Of a DNA stretch of 64,000 nucleotides, positions 13,501 to 25,900 are shown piece after piece (position 1 is the first letter of the stretch; every line of letters begins with the position of its first letter). The translations under genes and the position numbers were made by a program. The stretch is from positions 80,286 through 144,285 of the forward strand of contig NIVC01002459.1 of NCBI GenBank assembly GCA_002269645.1, written 5' to 3'. This DNA is from Macrostomum lignano. Taxonomy: Eukaryota. Under the pieces are notes generated by a model. That model did no database searches. It saw nothing but the letters and a program-made list of their open reading frames with translations, and was not told where the DNA came from.

Positions 13501-14316
13501 CTGGTGGCGGTCGCAACTTCGGCGGAAGCAGCAATCCGAAAGTAGGTTGACACTCTGCGACTACTTTGTTGTCTTTGTTGACGTAGCGAAACCTCAGCTT
13601 TACCCACGATAGACTCGCATTGGAGCCGGCGTATTTGGATATTTCCTGTGCGTCTGCGCTCTCACAGATGCTGTTATCAGGAAGCCTGTTGAGTTGGATT
13701 TCCTCTCCGATGCGGCTGTTGTTGAGTTTGTTAGATCCAAGTCTCATCACAGGAGGACCCGCTTGCTGCACAACGGTGAAGCGAAACTTCAGACGCGGAA
13801 GAATAAAGCAGGAGGCTGCAGGCCACACAAACGGGATAAGCAAATTTTTGTTTGGACACGACCTCTTTGCCACCACTTCATCGCACTGAGCCTGTGTTAG
13901 GCACATTTGGTATCCGGGATTGCATCGGATCAGTGGCTCAGTGCTGGTGCGTGTGGCATTGTCACACGGGCTGCTCATGTAATAATTACAGTTGTCCAAA
14001 GACATGTGAACGGTACTGTTGTAGCAGATTCCTTGTTTCGGGCAGAAACTCTGAACATTGGAGAAAGACGTAACATCGAAATGCTTTAGAGAGATCAAAT
14101 CTGAAGAAGACCTCGGCATGCCATTATTGTGTCGTTTCAAATGATTTTTTAAGTCTACCCATGCTGCCACAATGTCGTTCTGATTGCTAGTCATCAATAC
14201 TTTTGGACTTTTTAAGTTTAGGTCGATCAAATACTTCCGATTTTCCGATTTTTTAATACTTTTTTCCAGACACTTTTTTTCCAGGGGGTACCGAAAGTTA
14301 CAAAATGCAAAAGCCA
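4504..14316 (-). CDS. Large single-pass membrane protein with REJ region and GPS/GAIN motif (polycystin-1/REJ-like ectodomain), plus SEA-like domain and one TM; multi-exon, with several frame breaks
   Basis: Exons with phase-compatible GT-AG joins: 14316-12947, 12871-12647, 12570-12478, ~12419-12297, 12163-11511, 11319-10722, 10662-~9733, ~9408-8919, ~8822-8233, 8158-7937, 7727-~7399, ~7343-6468, 6374-6245, 6166-4504 (the join into the ~8822 exon was not phase-resolved). Motifs: REJ (VNAPPSGGALSVTPTQGAALETSFTL; AIDSNGA), GPS (CRSW..W...C...CVCHDISSF), Ser/Thr stalk, FKNGSVLISFTV, TM SIAVGASVGAFCLVVTFIVVILLM, short basic tail. Confidence 0.8.
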
Positions 14317-15038
14317 CTGCAAAAAATACCTTCAGTGGTTATGCAACCTCAATTTTGTTAATCCCCTATGCTGTTAATGAGAATTCGATTACAAATAGTT
14401 TCGACGAATGATGTATTTAAAAAATGAGCCTTTATCAAAACAAAAGATTAAAGAAGTATTTTGAATAAAAATTTAACGTTTACCTTTGCTGTTTTGTATT
14501 CTATTCATACTTCTTGCCGAATAATTTTGGTTATGCAAGAATCAGTACTGTTAATAAATATCTACTAACTCTATTAGCATATCAACTAATGTGTTTACTA
14601 ATCTATTACTAACACTAACAGTGAGCTTTTGGTCGTTACTTCGTAGCATGCACTTTTTTCCTGATTTTTGCCAAATATTGTTCTTTGAAATTAGATTCCG
14701 ATTACAATTGATAGCAATCTAAATATCAATAATTTATTATAGTCAAACTTGAATAGGTTCAGAGGTCTCTATTCAAGTTTAGGCTGTTAAATTAGTTGAG
14801 GTAATATAATTTTATTTCTAAAAGGGTTTTGGATGGGCTATTCAAGCTCCATGTATATATGGACTAGATTAATTCCCATAAATAATCTATAAAATAGTCA
14901 ATAACCCTAATAAGCTACATATAATTGGGTTGAAGCTACCAAAAAATGAAGCTCATATTTTAAATCAGCACCATCAAAAACCACTAGAGACAAAATTCTA
15001 ATATTCTCAAAACTACAAACAACAAAATAAGTAACCTT

Positions 15039-15581
15039 TTGCTAAAGGAATTTAAAATTGGTGGCTTGAAAACTATTCTGTGCGTCGACACTGAGAGTAA
15101 AATCTCTGCAATCCCTCACAACCTGGCTGCAAAGACCGGCCTCGAAATTCAAAGCGACAACACCACGTCTCTGAAAGTGTATGGAGGCTCTCAGGCAGCT
15201 GCTTTTGGAGTGCTGAGGCAGGCTGCGGTCAAGGACAACAGCGGGAAGAGCGCAGTCAAACAATTTTCATTGAACTTCATTCGACAACTTCATCTGATAC
15301 CAAACTTGGACTCAAGCTTAAAGTGCGCTGCTGTCACTGTCAACGATGCAAACAAATTCACAGCAAGCTTTCGCCTGAACTATGAAGTATCATTCAAGGT
15401 TATGTGCTACCCAGTTCCATCACTGTCATTCTTAATGAAAACTAATGTCGAGATCGAGTTGAAGAGACTTCTGGGCGCAGGCAACATTTATCCTGCTCAA
15501 AATCCGATGGCTGGTGTTGAAGCTCGAAGGACCAGCAAGAGCAGTGCGAATATGCGGAGACTACTCAGTGATACTCAATAG
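15039..15581 (+). mobile_element. Decayed Ty3/gypsy-like retrotransposon fragment (aspartic protease and start of RT)
   Basis: ILCVDTESKISAIP resembles the retropepsin DTG(S/A) motif; CYPVPSLSFLMKTNVEIELKRLLGAGNIYP resembles the RT N-terminal motif; the RT core is absent. Confidence 0.6.
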
Positions 15582-15799
15582 ACTCATCTATACAGATCAA
15601 TACAAGCCTTTTCTAGTTTCTTCTACCAAAGCTAGAAGAAATTCTTCATGCCATTCCGAACGCTAAGCATTGACATCGAGGTCCGTCATCGACCTAGAGG
15701 ACGCATAATTACAGATAGCCCCTACAGAAGAGAGTCAAAAGTTAACTTGCATCTCTATGCAAGTAGTGAGATATAACAATAAGGGGGTGCGCTATGAGA

Positions 15800-16760
15800 G
15801 TCTACTAATTAACCCAGTCGACTGAACAGCATATTATTATATCATAACAAAAACTATCGAGGTGTCGAAAAGACATTACCCACACCAGATGAAGCTCTAG
15901 CAAAGAAGCATATAGCTGATGAGAAAATGATTGCTGATTTAGATGCCATTCCAACCAGTGACTTGCCTGTGAAAGAGAGACTCTTTCGAAATCTAGTGAA
16001 ACGTATCATTGAGGTCAAAGTTTGCTTTGGATCAGGCATTCAAAGTACTAACCCCAAAAATTGCATAGACTGCTTAACCATATATGAAAACGGTCTTAGT
16101 TATAAAGATGCTGTAAAATTGCATAAAGCATATACGAGTAGAAAGCCAAAACCCATTTAGGAAAACTGATTCACTATGCAAAAGGCACCATTTGGCATGC
16201 TGTTTGACACGTTACGCTTGGACAGTCCCATTTAAAAAGAAAGGCAGAAGCGGAAGTTGCAGAAGCTTCCAAAAAGTATTTGAGGAATCAGGGAGACGAT
16301 CGGAGAGACTTTGTGTTGATGAAGGCAAAGAGTTTTAAAATCAGCATATGTACAAGCTCTACTCATTTTTAAATGACAACGTAAGAGAGAAGAATAAAAA
16401 TGGATAGTATATTAACAAGATGTGACCAATTTATGGTGAATCCTTAGACTGCAATGATTGAGCGATTCAACTACACTCTCACAAATTAACTCTGGTTTGA
16501 ATTCGATCTACAGGGTAATCAGAAGTGGTTGAAAAATACAACAACACAATTCATTCTGAGATTAAACTAAATCTTTAAGAGCGAGTACTATAACCTTCCT
16601 TTGAGTTTACAGATGTGAACCAAACTTTAATGTAGGTGACAAGGCGCATATCTATAGATATAAGGAGCACTTTGAGAAAGGTTGAAAAGTTTACTGGAAA
16701 ATTTTGTAAGTGTTCACCATTAAGAAAGTCTATCTGGTTACAAGTACTTTTCTTGTTGGC
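15800..16760 (+). pseudogene. Polinton/Maverick (adintovirus-like) integrase pseudogene
   Basis: Collinear motifs across frameshifts and stops: AWTVPFKKK, FQKVFEESGRRSERLCVDEGKEF*N, MIERFNYTL, YNNTIHSEIKL, PNFNVGDKAHIYRYKEHFEKG*KVYWKIL*VFTI. Confidence 0.75.
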
Positions 16761-17750
16761 CTACGCGTAGTTGAATCGTTAACATCCTCAATCTTTTGCA
16801 TATCACGTAGGCGCTATTTATCAGTAGCTACAGATGGCATTTTTCTAAATAACCGTGGTTGTAAAATAAAAAAAACTAAAAGGATTGTTGCTAGTGCAGA
16901 AGGTGGCGCACACGCCTACTGCTGCCTGCAACAGTACAATACAATGGAGAGACAGCAAGAGACAAGTGGCTCTGGGGCAAGGATGAATAGAGGCCAGCGC
17001 ACGAGGCCAACTTGCGAGGCCAATTCACGTGCTTATTCTCTCGCTATCGCGCCTACTTGTGTATTATTCGCCTAGACTATACAAGGAATAGAATTTGAAG
17101 AAACTTCTAACTAGAGCGGAGCCTAAAAGCGGCGCCTGCAGCCCCCCTGCGACCGAATAGGTACGTGCTCGGTCTGGTCCGCGGGAAACAACTCGTACGC
17201 AGACAGGCAATAGTCAAAACCGAATAAAATAAGATGAATGGAGCAAGTGTTTTTTGTCACTACCTGCATGGGCTTGTATTACTATTAGTTGGTGGCGAGA
17301 GAAAGATTAACCCTCTTAGCATTTACAATACCGAGTTTCTGTGTTGGCAGTTGCTACCCAGCAAGGTTGGGGCGAGATTAGTCAGGGTTTTGTGTAAAAT
17401 ACCTTCCGTCAACTGCCAACTTGTGAATTCTTCACAAGAGATAACTGTTTGGATTCTGGACTGCAAGCGGTGCCTATCTGAGGCATTTTTCAACCAAGTT
17501 TTTGTGTGATGTAGTGTACAATAGACTCATATGAATGACCTCACAAATGCTCTTTTTAAATATTCATACTAATAGATCTTTCTAGCACGCATTTATCAAT
17601 AATTCGAGTGTAAGTTAAATGCATGATCTTAATTCAACTCATATCGCTACAGCTATATTTCCTTTATTAAATGTTGAAAATGTACAAGAACACTACATTA
17701 CAGATACACATATACATATAACATGAAACCAGTAACGTCAAAGCGCTCAC

Positions 17751-18245
17751 CAAGTTATTTAAACGACACTGCTGCTCCTTATCCAGGAGGCGTTCTAAAC
17801 AGGCGCTCATGTTTGTGCAGCCGTTAGCAGCAGGACAGTCGAACTCCCCCTGTGGTTTAATACAAAGGCGTCATGAGTTCAACCGGCACATAAAGCTTTT
17901 AAATTTGACGTTAAGTTAAATTAACGTTATGCGGGACATTCTTGACTACAGTTTCCTGTATTAAGACTTGATTGCGATATATTTTGTAAAGGCTCTGAGT
18001 ACTCGTAACTCTTCATGGCCGTTTACAACGGCATAAAAAACAAATATGAACGCCATCAAACGGGTTGTATATCTACATTTTTTGCATCCAATTGTATAAT
18101 TGTATTTAAATAACAATTCTACATAAGCCAGTGAGTCAGTCAAATCACTTACTGCATCCGAACAATTTCTAATCGCAAATACGTCTTGAGGTCCGGTTAG
18201 CAGCAGCTGCAGGACCAGCCAGAGTCCCAGCATGGCGCCTGCCAT
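17751..18245 (-). CDS. Probable 5' exons (signal peptide) of the large REJ/GPS receptor gene
   Basis: MAGAMLGLWLVLQLLLTGPQDVFA-IRNC from 18245; clean 99-nt exon 17849-17751 (ccacag|GEFDCPAANGCTNMSACLERLLDKEQQCRLNNL|gtgagc). Linkage to the 14316 exon is inferred. Confidence 0.5.
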
Positions 18246-18494
18246 TTTTGTGAGGCTAAAATTTGTGTTGATTTTCATATTAAATAGCTTCTACCAGCTA
18301 GAAATCTATTGGCAAGTTTATAACTCGAAGTTACTCGAGCCTATGAAAATTTTACTGAAAAAAATTGCTTTCCTTAGAAAAAACATTTTTGGCAAGCAGA
18401 TAAGCAGATTGTACAAATCCTAGCTAGCGATACGCATAAATTTGAATTGGAGGGGCCGCAACCCTTAGGGGCGCCACTATTTGATGTCTTTGTG

Positions 18495-18785
18495 GGCGCT
18501 CCCTGACTCTTTGATGAGCGCCCCTGTTTCTTAGTTGGCGCCCCTGTCTCTGGGTTGGTGCCCCTGTCTCTTAGTTGGCGCCCGTGTCTCTTTGTTGGCG
18601 CCCCTGTCTCTTGGTTGGCGCCCGTGTCTCTTTGTTGGCGCCCGTGTCTCTTTGTTGGCGCCCCTGTCTCTTGGTTGGCGCCCGTGTCTCTTGATTGGCG
18701 CCCCTGTCTATTTGTTGGCGCCCCTGTCTCTTAGTTGGCGCCCGTGTCTTTTGATTAGCGCCCGTGTCTCTTGGTTGGCGCCCCC
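18495..18785. repeat. 20-bp minisatellite (CCCCTGTCTCTTAGTTGGCG)
   Basis: Directly visible, about 14 copies. Confidence 0.9.
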
Positions 18786-19429
18786 TACCTCTGTCTCTTA
18801 GGCCGGTTGATGAAATGAAGTGAATCCTATTTCATTTAAGTCTTTGGATAAGGGAGGGATACCATGGTAAGGGAGGCCCAGAATATAACATATACATAAC
18901 TTTCGGGGATAACGAGACGCAAGATAAACAGCTTTTGTTTTTAAAACTTGATAAAACTAAGATTTTTTAGGCTGTAACCCTTGAGCAACGCAGTAAAAAC
19001 ACTACTCAAAATCGTGAATATGAGCCGATTTACTCACCGAACTTATTAGAAGACGAAACGACGGCTATAGTCAAGTTTCTAGTTTTGTGTGCCACCAAGT
19101 TTCAGTTAGCGGCTATTATGCGAAGAGTTTTGTATTCAACTATTCAAACCCTTCTTGAGGCTTACGAGGCTTCAAATGACCAATGAGAAATTTACAGTGC
19201 TATTATAAGTTATAGCCTGGTTCGCAGGTGCAAAAAGAGACTGAGAAAGTTGACTGGGGCGAGTGGGGCTCAAAAGTCCTGCAAAGGGTCAGTAGGACTG
19301 GCAACCGGAGACAATTAGGGTTTGTTAGCAGCTCGTAAAAATGGAAATTCAGCAGGCTGAGTGCTTCGCACAATGTTGGAGTGGAGGAGCCTGGAAATGA
19401 GGTGGGCTGGCCTCCGGTGCAGTACAGGC

Positions 19430-20004
19430 GGGTCTACGACAATTGACCGCCACAATTGACCGGTTTTTGTTCAGAATTGTTGTTGGTTTAATTGTCGGTG
19501 GTTTAATTGTCGGTGGTCTAATTGTTGTTGGTTTAATTGTCGGTGGTTTAATTGTGGTTTAATTGTCGGTGGTTTAATTGTATGTGGTTTAATTGTCGTT
19601 GGTTTAATTGTCGGTGGTTTAATTGTCAGTGGTTTAATTGTCGGTGGTCTAATTGTTGTTGGTTTAATTGTCGGTGGTTTAATTGTGGTTTAATTGTCGG
19701 TGGTTTAATTGTAGGTGGTTTAATTGTCGTTGGTTTAATTGTCGGTGGTTTAATTGTCGGTGGTTTAATTGTCGTTGGTTTAATTGTCGTTGGTTTAATT
19801 GTCGGTGGTTTAATTGTAGGTGGTTTAATTGTCGTTGGTTTAATTGTCGGTGGCTTAATTGTCAGTGGTTTAATTGTCGGTGGTTTAATTGTAGGTGGTT
19901 TAATTGTCGGTGGTTTAATTGTCGGTGGTTTAATTGTCGTTGGTTTAATTGTCGTTGGTTTAATTGTCGGTGGTTAAATTATGGCGGTCAGTTGTCGGTC
20001 TCCC
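19430..20004. mobile_element. Mutator/Phantom-like MITE filled by a 15-bp tandem repeat (GGTTTAATTGTCGGT)
   Basis: Imperfect TIRs (GGGTCTACGACAATTGACCGCCACAATT versus reverse complement GGGAGACCGACAACTGACCGCCATAATT); flanks agtacaggc/aggacatgc match 7 of 9, like a 9-bp TSD. Confidence 0.65.
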
Positions 20005-21097
20005 AGGACATGCTACTCTGCTCTTACGATCTAGAAAGCGTGGCTATCACCGCGGTAAACAAAACATAAGCAATGAACATACACTCGATATAATGAGCCT
20101 TGTTTTCTCACGGTTTTAAATTTCAGTAATGTGCTCCACAAAATTAATTAATTGTCCTTGGTCGGTATTACATGTACACTTCAAGCAAGGACTCCTGACC
20201 TTAGGGTCTCCTTACGGCGGCTGCAAGCACCTTACGATTTCCGGGTCGGTGAATGGTAGCCGCTTTGCAGTCTCCATCGAAATTTCTAATCTCCCCAACG
20301 ACTTCCAACCAGAAAACGTTTGTCAGAAAACGGAATAGCTATTAAAACCGTCTCACTCGCTCAAAGATGTCGATTCGTTACTTGGCAAAACAGAAGGATG
20401 ATACTAAGATCGAAAAATTGGTAATTGGTAAAATATTATTAAGGCGGTTACACAACTACCACCAGTAAATGTGTTGTGACGTTAGGATACACCTTGTGTG
20501 CCAACAGGAAACTCAATAAATTATTTTCAGACAGCTACTCGACATCGTAGTAAGGTGACGTTCTATTTGAAACGCAAGAAAGGCTAGAAATTGCTTATAC
20601 GCTCGTAGAGGCAATACAGCGAGTGGACTTTTAATGACCCAGGGTACTACGTTCTGAATATAGAATACAAAATGGAATGCTTGGGCTTGAACACACTATA
20701 ACAACGAGCTACATGTAGCTCTGCGGGTCCAAGGTTGCTCAAATCAATGTTAAAATGAGTCTGAATCAACTGTAAATAATGTGAACCGGCCTTTACATGT
20801 TCTTTACAGACTTTTTTAAGGAGTCTGCATGGTTCGATGCTCTAACCGCTAAACTACAACTCCAGTTGTGTCAGACTACAGATTTGTGTGCCAGACTACA
20901 GGTTTTCGTTTCAAATTACAGATACTTCTGTCAGATAGCAGACAATGTGTTAGATTATAATTTTTGCGTAAGATTTTTGTGGCGAATTGCAAATTTGTAT
21001 TAATAGCACCAATGTATTGTCATATTATAGATAGATTATTGTGTCAGATAACCGATTTTTGTATCAGACTGCAGCTTCTGTTTTATAGAAGCCGATA

Positions 21098-21470
21098 TTT
21101 GTGTCAGAGGTGTGGATATTGTGTCAGAGGTGTGGATATTTGTGTCAGAGGTGTGGATATTTGTGTCAGAGGTGTGTATATTCGTGTCAGAGGTGTGGAT
21201 ATTTGTGTCAGAGGTGTGTATATTCGTGTCAGAGGTGTGGATATTTGTGTCAGAGGTTGCCGAAATTTGTGTCAGACATATGCCAATGTTTGTCTCAAAC
21301 GTGCCGATTTCTGTGTCAGAAGTGCCGATGCTTGTGTCAAAAGTGCAGATGTATGTGTCAGAGGTCAGATGTTTGTGTCAAAAGTGCAGATGTTTGTGTC
21401 AGAGGTGCAGATGTTTGTGTCAGTGGTGCCGATAATTGTGTCAGAGGTTGCCGATGTTCGTGTCGATTGT
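21098..21470. repeat. 21-bp minisatellite (GTGTCAGAGGTGTGGATATTT), degenerating outward
   Basis: Directly visible. Confidence 0.85.
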
Positions 21471-22997
21471 TCAAGCGCAGAGTCCATGACAGAACGAGCT
21501 GACAGCGGAGGGCAGCTCAGTCAGTTCCATAAATCGGCCAGGGCCCAATTATGACAGAGGATTAATTTTTGCTAACCCGTCAACAACTTGACGGATAGCC
21601 AAACAGAAAAACGATGATTTTCACTCAGACATCCGGGTGTAAATCTGTGCTCGCAATGTTTTTGCTTAGGTCTAGAAAGCATTATAAAAATTAGATTTGC
21701 GAAATGTGATTAAGCCAGTGAGCTCTGGCTATTGTTGTGAATAAATCCAGCTGGGAAAAATATTTACGTACTCCACATATAGTATATTGGCTTTAGCATC
21801 GACTCTCAAAGACTCTCTCGGGGACTCAATAGATAGAGTAACCGCATAAGTTAGAAGAGGTGTGCAATTAATTATCGGACGGGAGTTGGGAATAAACAAT
21901 AGCAAATAGTCTATTGTGCCTGTGCAGTTGTGTTTCGTTATGCTTGCATAAAAATAAAAACCATAATAAAAAAGATTAGATTGCGTTCGTTGTGTTAGGA
22001 AAGAAAAACCGTAAAAAATCGTACAAAGTAACATCAAAATAGCGAATCAACTTCTATTCTTTAGTCCAGAAACAGACGATTAAATCTTAATATTCCACTA
22101 GAAGTAGAAGCAGAGTACATTTCGTTTCTAAAAATTTATGAGGCCTATGTTTGGCTAAACAACCGAGTAACCGCTACATAATATAATAACTAGATGGCAT
22201 TCACTTAGCTCAGCCTAGCACATGTGCGTTTAAGCTACTCGTAATTTCAGTTCAGTACGTAGAAAGTCAAATAGAAGCATTTTAACGTTTTTTAGGACAC
22301 CGACAAGATTTTTATTGGCCATCTCTTCCCCCCTCTTTTTGCACAAGATCTCTAACCCGGCCTGCCCCAATTTTATTGCCTTCTCGGTGTTCCAGTCTAA
22401 AGTTGTCATGTGCATTATATAAGGGTGATAAGGCTCGCTTATTGGCTCTATCACCCCTCCCCCGGGTTTGAACCCCTCCGACCGCCTCCCCCGGGTTTGA
22501 ACCCCTCCGGCCGCGACCTTCCGCACAAAATCTCTTACCCCCGGCCTACCCCCACTTTTATTGCCTTCCTCGATGTTCCAGGCTAAAGCTCCCATGTACA
22601 TCATTTAGGCTCATTTATTGGCTCTCTCACCCACCAACCCCCCCCCACTGAACCCCTCCGACTGCGTCTTTCCGCATAAAATCTCTACCCCCCAATTTTT
22701 ATTGCATTCCTTAGTGTTCCAGCCTTAATCTGCGTGCCACGTACATTTCCAGTGGGCAGTGGAGGTGACTAATGTACAGTATGGCTGCACCAATAGCCGG
22801 TTGTTTACGCCTACAAGTCATGGCAACTGCTTTTCTTTTCATAAATTACCTTTTCTGAATTGAAATTAGAAAAACTCATTAGTTTAGAGGAACTTTACCA
22901 AACAAATATGGCCTCATATAACTTCTCAAGAAACGGAGTGTCCATTGCTAATTCCTAGTACTTTTAGCAGCGATCAATTGAGTTAATTATGAGCGAT

Positions 22998-25900
22998 TCA
23001 CAGGGATACAAGTGCTTCGCAATCAACTTGCACTTTGAGAAACATTGAGTCGTCCTTGATGTAGTCCAACGTATTCAGCGTCTCCAGTCGGACAAATTTA
23101 ACTGCTCCAAAGCTGGCGTTTCGTTCGCCGATGGGGCGGCCTAAGAAAGGCCGGTTCTCTTTGCAGGTGTTCGGCTTCAAAGAGTAGCTAATGTGCCGTC
23201 TGGCCTTTACGTCCTCGCATTGGTCCAGCAGCCAGATGGTGACGCGATGACCGAATGGCCAAATTAGCAATGGATCATTTTCGCTCTTGCATATGGACAG
23301 GAACACCGACATGTACTCGCCGCGGCCTGCGGAGTTGGCGATGGAAGATGCTAACTGTTCTTTGAATGGCAGATATTGCAGATAGAGACTAAAAAAGGGA
23401 GAGGTGGAAACCTTGGAGGCTTTGGCTAAAGGTTTGGGAAGTTGTTTTCATGCTTGAACTTCAGGACGTTAGAAAAGTGCATACAAGCACGTACATGATA
23501 ATATTTAAGGGGCTTAACGGGGCTGAGGTTTGGGAGCTGATAATTATTTGTGCGACTTCTGGGGAGAGGTTCGAGGGCTGCTAGTTATTTGTGCGACTTC
23601 TGGGGAGTGGTGTTTGAGGGCTGCTAGTTATTTGTGCGACTTCTGGGGAGTGGTGTTTGAGGGGCTGCTAGTCATTTGTGCGACTTCTGGGGAGTGGTGT
23701 TTGAGGGGCTGATAATTATTTGTGCGACTTCTGGGGAGTGGTGTTTGAGGGGCTGATAATTATTTGTGCGACTTCTAAGGAGAGATGTTTGAGGGGCTGA
23801 TAATTATCGCGATAATTATTTGCGCGACTTCTGGCGAGAGGTGTTTGAGGGGCTGATAATTATCGCGATAATTATTTGCGTGACTTCTGGGGAGAGGTGT
23901 TTGAGGGGCTGCTAATTTTGCGACTTCTGGGACGTGTGGGTGTGAGAGGAGGCGGAGACAGGTGGGTACTTGGGCCCCACCAGCTGAGACATTTTCCAAC
24001 CTACCCTGACCATCGCCGTATAAACAGGTGGACAGGATCAGCTTGTACCCGTAGCGGTGCGTGAGGAACGGCGGGCTGAATAGAGTAGTCTTCTTGCCGC
24101 TTTTAGCTTCGGCCAGTCGCTCCTGATACGAGTCGATGCGCCACACCAGCTGCGGTCCGTACAGCTTCTCTAGGCAGGCAATTCGGCGTTCAATGCCGGC
24201 CAACTTTTTGGTGAGCTCGGCGGCCAGGCGCTCCTTCTCATTGCGAGCCTCCTCGCTGCGCTTGACGGCCACGCAGAGCAGCTCCATGTGGGTGATCTGG
24301 TTCTCCTTCAGGTGGGCCGGCAGCTCCTGCTTCTTGCCCTAGAGAGGTATTAGATCCGATTATAGGGTGCAGTCAGTCAATGATTGGACAGATTACTAAA
24401 TGTACCGATGAATGACTGCAGAGATGACTAGATGTACCGATGAATGACTGCAGAGATGACTAGATGTACCGATGAATGACTGCAGAGATGACTAGATGTA
24501 CCGATGAATGACTGCAGAGATGACTAGATGTACCGATGAATGACTGCAGAGATGACTAGATGTACCGATGAATGACTGCAGAGATGACTAGATGTACCGA
24601 TGAATGACTGCAGAGATGACTAGATGTACAAAGAAGTGATTAGACAGTCCAAAAGCAAGGCAGATAAGTAAGTCAGCCGCTCACAGTGTGCGCGCAACCG
24701 TAGTTGGCGAACGGGCAGGGCTGGCTCTGCTGCAGACAGTCGCTATCCAGATGCTCCTGCAATGTCTCCCGCGTCACCTCCTTCTTGCTGCACTTGTTAG
24801 GACAGGGCACGGGAAACTTCGGACACGCGTCCAAATGCTCGGACTCAGTCTCGGCCAGCATTGACAGCTCGCAGAACTGGCAAATCACCTGCCGTTTCGG
24901 GCAATCCTCGTCGCGATGCTTCTGCTGGAAGCGTTTCTCGAATTCGGCTCCGCAGCGCATGGGGCAGACCGTGTGCATGCGGTCGCAGGACTCCAGGTGC
25001 GGCTGCGGTTGAGGGGTTCATAAATAATTTTGCTACTATAATGAAACAATTAGTTCTGTCAGTTCCATTAGTTCAATCAGTCGTCAGGCACTCTGGAATC
25101 AGTCCTGAGTCACTCTGGAATCAGTCCTCACTCTGGAATCAGTCCTCAGTCACTCTGGAATCAGTCCTGAGTCACTCTGGAATCAGTCCTCAGTCACTCT
25201 GGAATCAGTCCTGAGTCACTCTGGAATCGGTCCTGAGTCACTCTGGAATCAGTCCTGAGTCACTCTGGAATCGGTCCTGAGTCACTCTGGAATCAGTCCT
25301 CAGTCACTCTGGAATCAGTCCTGAGTCACTCTGGAATCGGTCCTGAGTCACTCTGGAATCAGTCCTCAGTCACTCTGGAATCAGTCCTAAGTCACTCTGG
25401 AATCGGTCCTGAGTCACTCTGGAATCAGTCCTGAGTCACTCTGGAATCGGTCCTGAGTCACTCTGGAATCAGTTCTGAGTCAATCTGGAATCGGTCCTGA
25501 GTCACTCTGAAATCAGTCCCGAGTCACTCTGGAATCGGTCCTGAGTCACTCTGGAATCGGTCCCGAGTCACTCTGGAATCGGTCCCGAGTCACTCTGGAA
25601 TCGGTCCCGAGTCACTCTGGAATCGGTCCTGAGTCACTCTGGAATCGGTCCCGAGTCACTCTGGAATCGGTCCCGAGTCACTCTGGAATCGGTCCTGAGT
25701 CACTCTGGAATCGGTCCCGAGTCACTCTGGAATCGGTCCCGAGTCACTCTGGAATCGGTCCCGAGTCACTCTGGAATCGGTCCTGAGTCACTCTGGAATC
25801 GGTCCCGAGTCACTCTGGAATCTGTCCCGAGTCACTCTGGAATGATTGTTTAGTCTCCCTCTACAAGCACTCCTAAGTCACTCAGGAATCCGCAACACCT

